Assembly: GCA_965649765.1 (NCBI GenBank)
Contig: OZ287750.1
Coordinates: 23,126,001-23,190,000, forward strand
Direction of reading: 5' to 3'
Length of the DNA: 64,000 nucleotides
Origin: Bispira polyomma
Taxonomy: Eukaryota
Numbering within the stretch: the stretch's first letter is position 1; every line of letters begins with the position of its first letter. The translations under genes were made by a program, and so were the position numbers. The notes beneath the pieces were generated by a model that saw nothing but the letters and a program-made list of their open reading frames with translations, did not search any database and was not told the origin of the DNA. This document shows positions 1 to 14,005 of this stretch, piece by piece.

Positions 1-445
1 AATAGTAGATACTAAGTACAGCTGTTAAGTGTGTTAACTAACAGCTGTCACAAGTACTTGAAATGGTCAATGTCAAGTGCTTGAAATAGCCGATGTCAAG
101 TGCTTGAAATAGCGGCTCTCATTACTTTTAATAGTGGTTTTCAAGTACTTTAAATAGCAGATACTACGTACATGAAATATCCAGCTGTTATGCATGTTAA
201 CACATAGTTGTAAAGTACTTTAAATAGCCGATATCAAGTGCTTTAAACAGCAGGTCTTAAGTACTTTGAGATAGCAGAAGCCAAGTACTTTCAATAGTGG
301 CTTTGAAGTACTTGAATTAACAGCTCTGAAGTACTTTAAGTAATAGGGGTTCTTGAGTACCTTAACTAGCCACTCCTAAGTACTTTAAATAGTAGGTCTG
401 AAGTACTTTTCAATAGGAACTGTCAAGTACATCAAGTAGCAGCAA
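1..445. repeat. Degenerate ~23-bp tandem repeat (minisatellite)
   Basis: Recurring unit such as AAGTACTTGAAATAGCCGATGTC with palindromic AAGTACTT core, roughly 18 diverged copies, truncated by the window start. Confidence 0.8.
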
Positions 446-751
446 TAGATGATGAAATACTTCTGTTTGTGATCACAGATAATATGTATGTTTTATATGG
501 TCTTCTCTCTGACTACTGAATTTGTTTGTTGTCAATGTTCAGAAAGTGAGAATATGATAAGTGATTATCTACTGAGTTTTATTTATCAGGATAGCTTGGT
601 TAATAATATTTATAAAAATTTATTAATTATTTTAAAAGAAGTTTTTTTGTAATATAACTGAACTGAAGGTTTCAAAGCAATCAATATGCTGAGCTTTCTT
701 GCCATGTGATTGCTTTTGCTAGTTGTTGTCTATGCATATGGTATATACATC

Positions 752-970
752 TGGTCCTGTATTCTCCAAAAGAAAATCCAACTCTAAACTCAATTGAAGG
801 CTATATGTTGAAATCCTTGTGCATGAAATAAACCTCTACTTGTCGCCATTCATTTTAAGAAAGATTTTAGCACTGAATTCAAATTAGCAGTCAGACTTTA
901 CTTAACTTCCCCAAAGCCAGAGATATGGTGCCTTCAGAGTTTAACCTGAAATCTTTGGAGAATATGGCCG
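752..970. mobile_element. MITE, GG(C/T)CCGTATTC-type TIR family
   Basis: Ends GGTCCTGTATTCTCCAAA ... TTTGGAGAATATGGCC; related internal sequence recurs at ~21670-21905 and ~38976-39190. Confidence 0.55.
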
Positions 971-2479
971 TTGGAAGAAAGCAGCTCAAACGCACACTCA
1001 ACTGAGTGAGGCTATGCAAAGATTAAAAAAAAGAAATTTCTGTGAAAACTGTTTTTTTGAAAACTACTGTGAAAATCTGCTCACTGAGATCGTTGGAAAG
1101 AATAAGTTCTCTTGAAGACAACGTTAGTATACTGTAATCAATAAAAAATGCTTCAAAGTCATAAAACACAACGATAAAAAAATCATACTTTTGACAATAC
1201 TGGCATTTCGTTCACTAACCCCCAAAACAGGCCGGCATTTGTCTACCTTTGCAAACTTGACCGGCAATCTTGACCGGTATTTTTTCCACCGGTTTTTTTC
1301 CGTGCACCGTTTAACTCCTGTATTTGAAACTAACTCCTGTGTTTAACTCCTAAATTTGAAAGGAGCTTTTAGCAATGAATTTAAATATAAAAACAGATTT
1401 TCTGTATCTTGCCTCCTGCTAGAGTTATATGGAAAACCTTAGAGAATCGAGCTTTCATCTGAGTTTTGAGAATTCTTTGGAGTAATATAGGGCCACAGAT
1501 TTGACTATTGAAAAACTCATAATCCTGTGCAAGTTCTAAGGTTTTATCCCATGTCTGGCACACATAAGAATGTTTTAAAGAAGAAAAATCTGTGTACATT
1601 TTAGTGTGTTCCAATCCCGTTGGCTACAATTGCCGTCCAATAATGGCTAAATTCTGTCTGATGTGTTACTCTATATAACCAAACCCACTTTGTAGCCAGC
1701 GTTTTTCTATGACTTAACTGGGATCATCAAGCTTGTAAAGTATTCTGCTTAAAAATAACTTTGACTGGTTTAGTAGGATGTAAATAATTTTATTAACATT
1801 CAAGAAAGATAATCATTGTTCCCAGAATGTATGCTTCAGCTGGTCTTAAGCTTGTTGTCATGGGAACTCTTTGTTTTTGGTAGTGTGTATAAACATGTGA
1901 CCTGGATCATGTGACTTATAGAAGTAGATGACCGAGGTTATACTGTATAAAATAATTGTAGACCCAGCTAAAAGACTCTTTTTCTGGTCTACTTTTTATA
2001 AACTGCATTTTATGAACAAGCAATACGTGTGGACAATGTGAAAACTTCAGGTATTAACTACAAGATGCTTAAATTCACACTGTTGTGTTATATATTTAGC
2101 CAAATTGAACTTTTCTACCATAACATACATATTACCATGTGCTTTCTTTGTGTACAAAGAAGCCGATATTTTATATGTCAATGAGAGTATGCTTCCCTAC
2201 ATATTGTACACACAGTCCTGGAAAGGGAAGCTGTTGCCAAGGTAACCCATTGTCAACGAGGTATGAAAAAGAGTGTCTTAAGATGATAGTTGTTAGTTGT
2301 GACATCAATAGAATGGCTGTATTTTTCCCATCTTCTCACAAGGCAATAATACACTTTGGATAAATGTGTAGTTATGTTTTAATAACTGTGCTGTAGGATT
2401 TGTCGAGATCCCTTTTTAGCACATGCAACTATGTATATATATATATTTTTATTACCCTTTATCGCATTGTGGCAAGAGG

Positions 2480-3062
2480 ATCTTATGCTCACAATTAATT
2501 GTGTCGTTTCCACAAGATCATTAAATTGTTAGCACGAGATAATTAAGTTGTGAGCACAATATAAAATTGTAATAAATGAGATCTCCTTGTATTAACAAGA
2601 TAATTTTATTTATAAGCCCAAAATAATTAAATTGCGGGCACAAGTTAATTAAGGTGTGAGCACAAGATCATGTTGTTATATCAAGATCTATTTCATTATA
2701 ATGAGAAAATTAAGCAGTAAGAACAAGATAATCTTGTAATAAACGACATCTTATTCTCATAAAAAGATGATTTTGTGGTAACAAAAAGGTCTTTTTTATC
2801 AAGAAGATCATTAACTGTCTCATTGTCACAAGATTAACTTGTTCTCAAAACTTAATTATCTCATTATAAAAAGATGTATCTTGTGATAATAATTTTATTA
2901 TCTGGTTATAACGAGGTGTATCTTGTGATAACAAGATAGGTAAGTTGTTGGCATAAGACTATCTTGTGGGAACGAGATAATTAAATTGTAGGCACAAGAT
3001 CATCTTGTGGGAACGAGATAATTAAAATGTGGGCACAAGATCACATCGTTACCATGAGATAA
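2480..3062. repeat. Degenerate array of ACAAGATAATTAA/ATCTTGTG motifs, probably the internal repeat of a non-autonomous element
   Basis: Many copies of (C)ACAAGAT/ACGAGAT and ATCTTGT in both orientations; near-exact ~42-bp duplication at 2960-3042. Confidence 0.65.
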
Positions 3063-4030
3063 AGTGTACAAAATGTTTGTATATCCTAGAAGGGGCTCTG
3101 TAGATTTGTGTATAGGAGTGTAAGTTTTGATAAAATGTATCATAAAGTAGCCGTTACTTGTTAGCTGTAGATTTTAACCTACAATCAGAGAAGGTCACAA
3201 TTTTTGTTGTTGTATTTTTTTAGCAGGAGGATTTATTCATACGTCCATAGTGCTATTGGTTTGCAAACAAAACAAACACAAAAACTATTTTGTATTCTAA
3301 AAGTTTCTATTAATATATAGGTGGGATTTGTATTTACGTTTGTACATAATCACTATTGTAAATGCTTTAAACATGCATAGCTTTACGTAAATTATGAATT
3401 AATTAGTACAAATGACTAATAGTTAGTAATAAATAGTAAGCTTTCAGTGGTGTATAAAAATAGTTTTGAACTTGACATTTTTCTTATTTTTAAGACCATT
3501 TGGTGAAAATTCCTTTTTATTTAGTTTGGTACAATCATGAATAATCAAGTCATGGAAGTTTTTATTTCTATTTTTTAAGAGGGGTATAAAATTCAAGTAC
3601 AGAATTTTTTGAAAATGACTAATGTACTTGGAAATCCTAAGAGTAAGTTTTGGTAAATTTTAAACAGTTAAGTATTATCAACTAGAGTCTATACTAAATT
3701 AGCAATTCCATGTGTAAAAATAGTTTTTGCTGGGATCAGACCAAATAAATTACATGTACAGTGGATTCCCTAGACAAGTAGAATATCCAATATATCCACA
3801 GGTTTTGGTTCTAGTTATGGCGGTCTTCTTCTTTCACCTAATTTAACACAAGTATATTTTTTTACGAGAAAAAGTGGTTGCAGTTATGAAGCAATTCAAC
3901 TTCTATTACTTTCTAGTCTACTGTATGTGTGATAGTGTCTGACCTATTGGATTTCAGATGCCAATATGAATTTTGTGGATTAATGTCAAACTTGTAGTTG
4001 TCCACACTTCCTAGTGGCTTGCTGTTTATA

Positions 4031-4192
4031 CAGTAGAGCCTCTATTATCCAAACAGGTTGATTTTATTTGGATAATAGAAGAAGAATTTCTGTATAAAGC
4101 AATAGGCTAACATAAATTTGAAAAAGAGTGAAAATGAGTTCATCAAATCGAATGTTTGAATAATAGAAATTTGGATAACAGAGGTTCTACTG
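4031..4192. mobile_element. Tc1/mariner (Tigger/pogo-like) MITE, family A
   Basis: TIRs CAGTAGAGCCTCTATTATCC ... GGATAACAGAGGTTCTACTG, flanked by TA on both sides. Confidence 0.8.
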
Positions 4193-5802
4193 TACTTGAT
4201 GTCACATTGACTTATTGCAGAACTGTGAAAGTTTTGTTTCAGAACTCGTTCAGATTGTTGTTGCTAGTTCCTAAAACCAGTATTATTCGGTTCAAGTTTC
4301 CCAAAATACTAGAGTTGTATTTTATACATTGTTCTAAATAGATAAATTTCAATGAGACTGTACCAAAGATTTGTATGCACAATATACTGAACACTCTTGA
4401 ACTGTATCAGTTCTATTTAGTAAATGAGTTAAAACCTCAGTTGACATGCTGAGTATTATTACCCAGGACCCTTCTTTATTTAAGGTCTTAAACTTGTGTA
4501 TAACATGCATAGATTTGCATACACAGAGATACTACTAGGACAGATTTTGATATTATTGTAATTTTAAGTTTAATACCTGTGATAAATATGGGTCCTGTTC
4601 AGGTTAGAAATGAGTTTAAGGTCACAATGAAAATACATTTAAATCCTTCAAAGTAGAACTCTATTAGGTTGGGTTACATTATTAAAATAGAAGAAAATCT
4701 GTATGTTTACTGGGGCTTTTTCCTTTTGAAATCTACCCTGTTATTTGGAAATCTCCCTTAAGTAGAGCTATTTTTCTGAGGTTCTTTGTGATGAAGTATT
4801 GAAGGGGTTTCACTGTTTAAACTATACATGTAGATTGTTTCACCTTTATACAGTAAAACCTCTATTTTTCAGCAGTCAACTTGGGGAAGGGATCACTTGT
4901 CCTGATACTAGAATGTCTTAAAATAGAGATATTTCTGTAGAAAACAATGGGAAAATAATACGAGTTGATAAAAGTAAATGTTTAGGTGACAGAAGTTCAG
5001 ATAGTAGAGGTTTTAATGTATTTACTTTTTTGATTAGATTTACATTACAAACTAGTATCCTTGGTTTGATTGTGGTTTAAACGTTTTTGACACATTTGGC
5101 ACTAAATTTCCATAAATTTTTATGAAAGACTGTTCACTAAATGTTGTAGAAGTTTGGGAACATTGTTTTTGGCCAAATGTGGGCCAAAGTTCAGTTGATA
5201 TATAGATACATTGTTTCTTTGAAAATATGCACAAATATTGAAGGCAGTGATTCTTTTCTTTATTTGTAACAATGTTATTGTTTTGATCTTTTATTTAAAA
5301 GTCGCATTCTAGATATTGTGTACGAAATGTTAAACTCAGACATAAACTTTTTAAAAAAAAATTGTGTTTGCAAAAAGAGAAAGTAGCACCTGTTTTAGTT
5401 GTTTTATTTTGGCGTGTTGTTGCAAACATTTTTGTAATATAGAAGTCACAATTATAGAATTGTACCTAATAGATGTAGGCCCTAACTTATTCATATGTAA
5501 ATCTTCATTTTAAAGTGACATTAATTTTGAAACTAACGTTATTTTAGTATTTTATGTTCTCTGTATAACCTGTAACACTTGTACAAACATAAAACAAAGA
5601 CTTCTGACTGTCTAGAAAAGGTTGTGATGTTATTTTAACATAATCATGTGTAGTCTGTAATTCTGTTGATTTTAGCACTCGTATATACATTATTATTATC
5701 TGTTAAACATCTGAAAATAAAACTGTCCATTTTATTACCAGACATACTCTTTTTCCTTTGTCCAGTGAAAAAACAAGAACTTATATTATTCGTATTTGAT
5801 GG

Positions 5803-6442
5803 CTCTGGTGCTATAGTTACAAAAGACCTTAATCCTAACTTAGTATTAAAGCTTAATATTTTGGTCTTTTGATATAAAAGATTTTGGTCTTAGTGACAAT
5901 AAGAAAATATGTTTACCTAGTGTTCACTTCACTTTAACACTAAGACAACTGTGGGCAGTCTCAACTATTTTAGACATACAATTTAAGATTAAGTTAAGAC
6001 TAAGACCTTTGTGAATAAGGCCCCTTGGGGCCGTATTCACGAAAGGGATCAAATCAAGATCAGATCAAATTTGAGAAAAAAAAGATTGTAGATATTCGCT
6101 AAACATTTGATCTGATTAAGTTTGACCCAGCCAACTTGGTAGATTGAGTTCGGATTAGGACAGATCAAATATGTCTGACAGATGTTTGAGGGATGAAGAT
6201 TATAAAAAAAAAAAAACAGATGAAATATTTGATTGAGTTCGGATTAGGACAGATCAAATATGTCTGACAGATGTTTGAGGGATGAAGATTATAAAAAAAA
6301 AAAACATGAAATATTTGATATTTTCTGACTAAGAAATTCTTGCTTTGTGAGTACCGAATTGGTCCAAGGATCACTTAAAAGTTTTCTTTCAAATTTAATC
6401 TGATCTTCATCTGATCCTGATCCTTGTTCATGAATACCGCCC
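5803..6442. mobile_element. Two abutting GGGCC-type MITEs, the second with an internal 89-bp direct duplication
   Basis: Second element GGGGCCGTATTCACGAA (6026) ... TTCATGAATACCGCCC (6442); duplicated unit starts at 6142 and 6231. Confidence 0.6.
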
Positions 6443-8036
6443 AGGTATAGCTGAGAAAAATTTTGTACCAATAAAAGTGTGCATGGGTGGTGCTAGCTTC
6501 TGCCAACCCTTCGACTCGACCACCCAGTAAAAAGAATAGGAAAATCAACATACAGTTTGAAGTGGCTAAGGCCAGGGCTGGGCTGAAGCCAGCCCTATCG
6601 ATGTACCGATGAAGGTTCATAATGAAAGGTTAACTTTGAACTGTTGTGGCTAATAAACTTTAACAGTCAAATAAATTCTCAGTGAAAATTTTAATTTTAG
6701 ATTACTTGGCTTAAAAAAATTCTGGACAATAACCAAAAAATCCAGTAAAATCAAAATACCACACCTGTGATCTTTGCAACCGTTGATCTTTGCTAAAAAG
6801 CAGCCGAACTCAAAGATTTGGATATCTCTTGCAAAAATGAGATAAACTATGCAAAACAATGTAATACATGACAAATATTCAGTTTACAAATAAAGGAGGC
6901 TTGGAAAGATTACAGGTAAGAGATCTCACCTCCCAGCTTTGTAGTCTTGGCTTTAAACTAGGCCATAGGATGTATGTGGTAAAGTTGGCAGTGGACTTGC
7001 TGCAGGCCAATGGTTTGCAGGTCAGAAATCTTGTCCAACTAGTAACTACCCTGCCTGTTCTGGATTTCCTCCACTAATTAACTGATGTGTTGAATGATAT
7101 TGTACATAGTTGATGAAACCCACATTAAACCCACACTAAATCTAAATGCTAACAGATCAAGAGTTTGGGATAACAATGACTTTTTTCAACAAGATCAGTT
7201 CACAGCTTAAAAGATGGGTAAAACTGAAACTCCATGCACATATACGTGTAACTCAGTTGTCATTTCCTTTTAACCACAGGACACATTATTTGTCGTGAGG
7301 TTAATCACATGGCTTTGGAGACACTTTGTGGACAGTTTTTTTGCAAGCAGGTGTTTATAATCTAATGTCAGAAGCTACCAAGAATTGTGTTTTCATATTT
7401 GGCATACATATGCAGTTTGTTTCTGTGTCCCAAGTATTTAAAATTTGGTGTTAATCAATATAGAAATAAGGGAGTTCTTGCCAAATTTGCATTTTTTTTT
7501 TCAGCCGTTGTTTTGATGAATATTGATGGGACAATTTCCAAATAAGGATGCAATATTCAATAATCTTATTTCAAGTTTTACAAAAACAGTTACAAAACCA
7601 AAAAAAAAGATGGTCACCATAGCCATCGACATAAGAAAGGCTTTTACTCGTTTGAAGAAAAATACTGCAGATATCTTCACCAAATTTAATACCTGGGCTT
7701 ATCAAGGGTAAAGTTTCTGTGGAATTGATGTTCGGCCTCTTCCGAGATTGTTGGAATAGAGGTTGGAGGAGAGACATTCACAATATGATAAGGTGTACAA
7801 TTTTTACTGCTGAAACATGTCCTGTTTCTAATAGTCTGTGCAAAAATTTTCCCTATTTCTGATGGTCTGTGCTGATTTAGTGCAATTGGTAGTTTTTGTT
7901 TTCTAAGTATGAAGTCAGCTAAGGTAGAAAAAAGGAAAAATATTCATACTACATTGCACACAATTTATTATAAAACTAGAACACGACACTGAATGTTAAA
8001 ACAAAATGAAAAAAACAATTATGTAAAAACAGTATC

Positions 8037-8220
8037 CAGTAGAACCTCTATTATCTATACATTTTAGGAGTGCAAGATTGTGTTTGGATAATAGAAGGTT
8101 TATAAAATAGAAGAGGCTTTTGTGTACGAACCAATATAAAAAAAAATTTGTGAGAGTGGAAATGGGTTCATAAAATCGAATATTCAGATAATATAAGTTT
8201 GGATAATAGAGTTTCAGCTG
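8037..8220. mobile_element. Tigger-like MITE, family A
   Basis: CAGTAGAACCTCTATTATC ... GGATAATAGAGTTTCAGCTG-TA. Confidence 0.75.
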
Positions 8221-8399
8221 TATATCATTTTTATCACTATATAAAAATCATATACGCACAGCAGAATCCACAAACATATTGGGAAGTTTATTTCTCCTGG
8301 TGCCCCATTCCCGCACCCTTCCATAATTACCAAGGGACTCGCCATGTAATGTGTACTCACCAAGAGAGATATGGTTACCCAAGACGACTCACATACAAC

Positions 8400-10129
8400 T
8401 TCAGGTTTGTGTACTAGAACACTGACTGCATCACATTAGAATGAGTGGGTGTATAGGTGGAGTTGTAAGTAGTATAGGTGTATGTAAACACATGGACCCT
8501 GTTACCAAAGTTAGTAGTCGTACCCAGCTCTAAACCCCACAAGGTGTACACCACTGACGTGAACATCGCTATAAGACCCCCTTCATGAGTCGTGTACTGA
8601 CTCGTCCCTCTGTAGGAGGTCATACAAGTACAGCCCACTCTGTGCAACCAGTACCATCTAGGGTGATGTGAGTGGGTGGAGAACATGAGGAGTCTGTCCA
8701 CCCCATCTGGTCTCCTCTGAACTGTGTCCTTGACTTCTCAGAGAGTATACATCTATGGTGTTAGTAAGAGGGAAAAGGACATCAGAGTGAATCACTGTAA
8801 TAGCACAATCTCTCGCACCCATCTCTCTCCAATCTAAATTACTTGGTTTCCTGACCCTCTCCAGACTACTGTCAGTGATTCTGAAGGATGGCAAATTGAC
8901 ATCAGTGAGTCACCCTGTGGTATACCAGTGTTTGTAATGTAGTTTGACTATGGCAGCTTGTTTAGATGCAATAGCCCAGTCTCTCACACCATCGCTCCAA
9001 TGTAAATAACTTGTGGACACCAGAATGAGTGACTGGAACAACACAATCTTCCACACCATCTCTCTCCACTTGTGTTCCTGATACTTAACCCTCTCTAGAA
9101 CTCCTCTCAGTGATTCTAAAGGATGGTACATTGTCCAGTGACTCACTCTCTGGTTTACCGACTTTTGTTGGTTAATTTGATTATAGCAGCTTGTTTAGAT
9201 GTAATAACCCAGTCTCTCACACAGTCTCTCTAATGTAAATGACCTGTGCATCCGACACTAGACCGTCTCCAGATTCCTCTCAGTGATTCTAAAGGATGGT
9301 AAATTGTCCAGTGACTCACTCTCTGGTTTCCTGGCTGTTGTTGGTTTGGGTTGACTGTAGCAGCTGGTTCAGGTGTAACAAAGATGCAAGGTACATCTGA
9401 TGTGTGTTGTGGGGTCATGTAATTTTACTTCATCTTTTTCTTGTTTGATAGTAGTCCTAATTAGTCTCGTACCTGTTGGTGTAAGATCAGTCAATTTAGG
9501 AATGTAAAATATATAATGTATGGCTCAAATTCACAAGTTACAGTAACATAAAATCTGAAAATAAAACATGAAATTCTAGGTAACATATACTCTTGCAAGA
9601 ATAACTTACAATAAAATTATGAGACCACCAACCAATATTTTCAGAGGGTTTATTGACAATTTTACACTCATGAATTACAGACATGTAGCAAAATTTAGTT
9701 TCTTTCCTGTAATTTTATTTCTTCAAACCATAAGAATAAAACGGTTAGTTCATTATAGTTCAGTCATATCTATGTCTCATATCAAGTAATTCTTTTACTT
9801 ATTGTATTAAAAACATGGTGCACAAGAACACAATAAATCAGTATTACTTCAGCTTAACTAGGATATGTTAAAACAGATTGAACCAGGGGCTGTATTTACG
9901 AAGGGACTTAGCCAGGGCACAAAAGTATACTGAATTAAGCCTAAGACCTGGCTAAGTCCCTTTGTAAATACGAACCCAGATGTTTAGCTTTTTGTTTTTT
10001 TCAAATGATGTATGTACATATATTATTTAAATCTTACCAGTAAGTGTTTTTAAGTTTATCCGTATTAATATTTGCTTCTCCGAACTTTGATGCAGTAAGT
10101 TTGGTCACTTGTAAGATATGAGTATATAT
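8400..10129 (-). pseudogene. Possible decayed gene fragment with three diverged internal repeats
   Basis: Exon-like block 10129-10038 (AG...GTAAGA), acceptor near 9473, then protein-like frames with stops and frameshifts; the LPSFRIT-E/D-R/S-xLER unit occurs three times (~8860-8910, 9090-9150, 9265-9330); no family recognised. Confidence 0.3.
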
Positions 10130-13100
10130 CTGTTTAAATATTTCAGATATATATCATACAAATGCCTACATAATAATTTTACCAGAGCAGCCCCATACCC
10201 ACACACTGAACAAACGGTGTAAACTGTTTGAATATTACAGGTATATTAACTGTTGGCAGCACAGGTAAAACCTGACAATACCCGTTTGCACTTGAGTGGT
10301 CTGTTGTCTAAAGTATGTCCTCCATGATAGGAAGTCCATTCTTGTGTCAACTTTATCAAGTGTTCTAGTCTTTCTAAGCCTCAGTGTTTAAGTCAACATT
10401 TTTAATTGTACTACATCTAAGATTTCGTCTTTCTTTTTTAGTATTAATTATCATTTATTTTGTAAAACTCAAAAAGGGTATATGTGAGCAATGTAAGAGA
10501 ATTTATCATTTGTGTTGATAAAAAAAAATAATTAATTGACATACAATCACACTACTTTAAGTAGAACTCTGTTAACTAAATTTCCCTTTTATGTGAATAT
10601 ATTTTTGTAGTCCTACAAGGGCTTTTTCTTTTAAAATCTGTAATGTGGAAATCCTGCTTCAGTAGTAGGATTGATCCTAGTCTGTTGAGGTTCGACTGAA
10701 AGGGGTTTAACTATATACAGATAATTCTTTGGAGAAAACTCTCCAGGTTTTCTCTGAAATATGAAGATTATTAAAAACCACAGTACAATTTTAAGCCTTG
10801 GCAAGACTAAGGTAGACGTTTACCTAGTACAAAAAGATCTACTGGTTTGTTGGTTTTAATTCAAAGCCATTATTTCACATAAATGCATAACCTTTAGCCT
10901 GTGTTTGGCTCAATACACAGATCAACAGGCTTGGGCAGGAAATATACCTTTAAAGACAACATGTGTCAGTTTTTGTTAGATTTCAATAAGACCTTTGATA
11001 TACAGGTATCATATTTCAGGTATAGAAATGTATACTGATATAAGTTTTAGAACTGTGATTTTACCTTATGAGACTAAGTTACAATGTCTGTTTATCTTTG
11101 CTTTGAAAATGATAATAATAGATGTGCATATATATTAATTGCAGGTGGAAACTTAAGACAAACATAACTTACAACTAATGATAACTTGAGACACTTTAAA
11201 ATACTGTAATGTAAAACAATGTATCACTTATAATATATACATTTAACTGAAAAATAATTTTGGAAATATTTTTATTCATTTCATTATATAATGAAGACTT
11301 ATGAATGATTAAATCTATTCTTCTGCAACCTTAATGATTAGGTAATGGTGGATTTACTGGAGGTAAAAGCGAGGTATGCACAGGTGTGAGTTGCACAGTT
11401 AGTCATATAATTTAGACACATATATCTAAAATTTAGAAGATGGTAAAACCTCTACGGCATATAACTTTAATGTAGTGAAAAATAAGAGAAAAGACACTTC
11501 AAATAGGCTTTTTTACATGCAAAATTAAGTCTTTGTGATATGTGGAAAGCCTTCCATTTTCTATCCACATGTGGTCAAAAGTTTATGGAATTTCATGTTT
11601 TTTGTTGAATTTTGACCAAAGTGATTTTTTTAATATTAGGTCAGCCTTTGACCAACACAAAATTTCACAGATCAAATCATTCAATAGTATGAAATTATTG
11701 GGTAAATATGGTATTGGTTCATTGATGTGCTCAAACAGAAAATGGACTTTATTGTGTCAGAATTTCCCCATAAAACCAATAAATTCTATGACTTTGACCA
11801 AATTTGGATGAAAAATCTAATTATTTCCAAGGATTACTAAACATAATTTTACATGAACTTAATAACATAACATGTTGTGATTTTGGACAGTGAATTTAAT
11901 TAAACTAATTAATAATAAAATTTAGTTTTCTGTAGACACCCCTTTTCTTGAAGAATTTATAAAGACCATCCGGATGACAAATTTATGATGTACGAGATAT
12001 TTAGGATCCTTTTTTCTATTTCTAGGTTAAAGGAATACGATCAACTGGTGTTGTAGGAATTTAGCCCTAGACCAGGCAGTATATCTGTTTTGTAGATTAA
12101 GACATTATTGGAACCAATCCGAAATTAACTTTGAATTCGAAGTGATATTAAAATGAAGAAAAACCAATTTTTTTCATTAAATACTTATTTTTAAGTTGAA
12201 CATATCATTTTTTGTAGAATGTACTTTATATATCAATTTCACAAGTTCATTGAATTTACGGAATGTTAGTGGTATTTGGGAATACTTGGTTAGAAATGCA
12301 GACGACCCACTTCAATATTGGTCTCTGATTTATCATAATTCTGCAGAATGTCTGTAAAATTGTTGAATATTAATTATATACAGCAGTTTTACCATTTTCC
12401 TTAAATATATGAACGTTTACTAATTTAGCAGTCACAGGTTCAAATGTCTGTCCTGGCATATGATGGTGGTACTACTTTTCAGTCTGTTAAAAAAGTTGTG
12501 TATGTCTTTTACAAAAGGTGGAATAGACCAGATTCTGGTACATTGACCACACATGTTGGAAACTTGACAGTTGGTATTTATGATGGTAACCCCCTTTATT
12601 CGTTACAGACATTATGTAGAAATATATGGTGTATCAGGTGTGGGTACACACATGTACAAAGGTAGAATGCTAATCCTGAATGCTAATCCTGAATGCCAAT
12701 CCTGTTAACAATAACCAGCTATCATTCAATACCTCCAATTATGGGCTTTACACTTGCCATTGTTGCACTTGACACGTGTAGTGTAGTGGTACTTTAATTG
12801 CCACTGTGATCATCATACAAGTTGTTTGATAATCTATCTGTGAGGTACTTGTTGGCAAATACTTGCTACTATTTTGGCTCTTGACATTAGACACTGGTAG
12901 TGTAGTGATGTCTCATATGCTAATCATAATCTTTATCAATCATGGGTAGTTATTGTATTAGGCACTAATGGTGCAGTCATACAGTAACTTCTTCACTTTA
13001 GTTGGGTCTAGACATTTGTAATGTAGTTGGCTGCTATGCATTGATACGATTAACTGGTATTGGCCTTGACATGGATTGATTGTTAATAACTATCTTTACA

Positions 13101-13634
13101 AACTTTATCTTGGTTCATATTGGATTATGCTGATGACACAGTAACTTGTTCATTAATATTGGAATGTAGGACTGAGCTTCGTTGAAGGCTTAAGTAAATT
13201 ATATTTTCAGTGTACAGGTTTTGACCACCTAACCTACACTGGTTTTCTTTCTTTTTTTGTGTTATTTCAGTTACATACACCACACAAATATTGCTGGGGT
13301 TTACTTCACTAACCAACAATTAACCTGATTTTAATTTACATTTTCTATGTATATGCATAGCATGAATATACGGTATGACTTTCCAAACTTTTTATAATTT
13401 AAGGTATATGGATGCCAAACCTGACCATAATTGAACTAAAGACAGAGGCTAAGGAAGGACTATTTTATTAATTTCCCCAACAAGTTCACTATCCTGTCAC
13501 TAGAGATAAAACCTAATGATGGAAGATCACCATTTTATGTGGTCATCCAAGCCCCTGTGTATGCACCTGTACTTGGGAACCTCAGGCTGGTATCAACTCC
13601 AGCAATCAACATCATACGATAATTGAATTAAAGA

Positions 13635-14005
13635 GTAATGTTATTATTTCTATAGCACAACAATCGATAACCAGACATCCTCTGTGGTGTGCATCTTAGT
13701 CAATATGCAAAATAATAGTCCGATAGGAGATAAGGTTCACAATTAGAATTCAGTCATGACCAGCAGGCTAATGTTAAGGCTGAAAAGCGAGTTGATACAG
13801 ATGTGTTTTCCTGAAGTCGCTAATCCTTGTCTCAGTGTGAAGACTGATTGGGAGATTATTCTAATCAGCAGGTGCCGCAATTTTGAATGAGTTTGAACCG
13901 GCCAGTTTTTTTTGGTAAGAAGCCAGAGGTTGAGAGACGATTTCCTCTGGTAAGATAGCGGAGAGACAACATGGATGATAAGTAGGCTGGCTGCTGCACA
14001 TTGAC
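13635..14005 (-). mobile_element. L2-clade LINE 3' fragment
   Basis: Reverse complement matches the 3' end of the L2 at 36780-37157 (LYQLAFxP coding end, ATCGATTGT...CTATAGAA tail). Confidence 0.75.

Noticed and set aside
1-445. CRISPR-like repeat-spacer appearance (also the 65-bp and 24-bp arrays)
   Set aside because: Eukaryotic context, no cas genes, and the spacers are too short or homologous to each other
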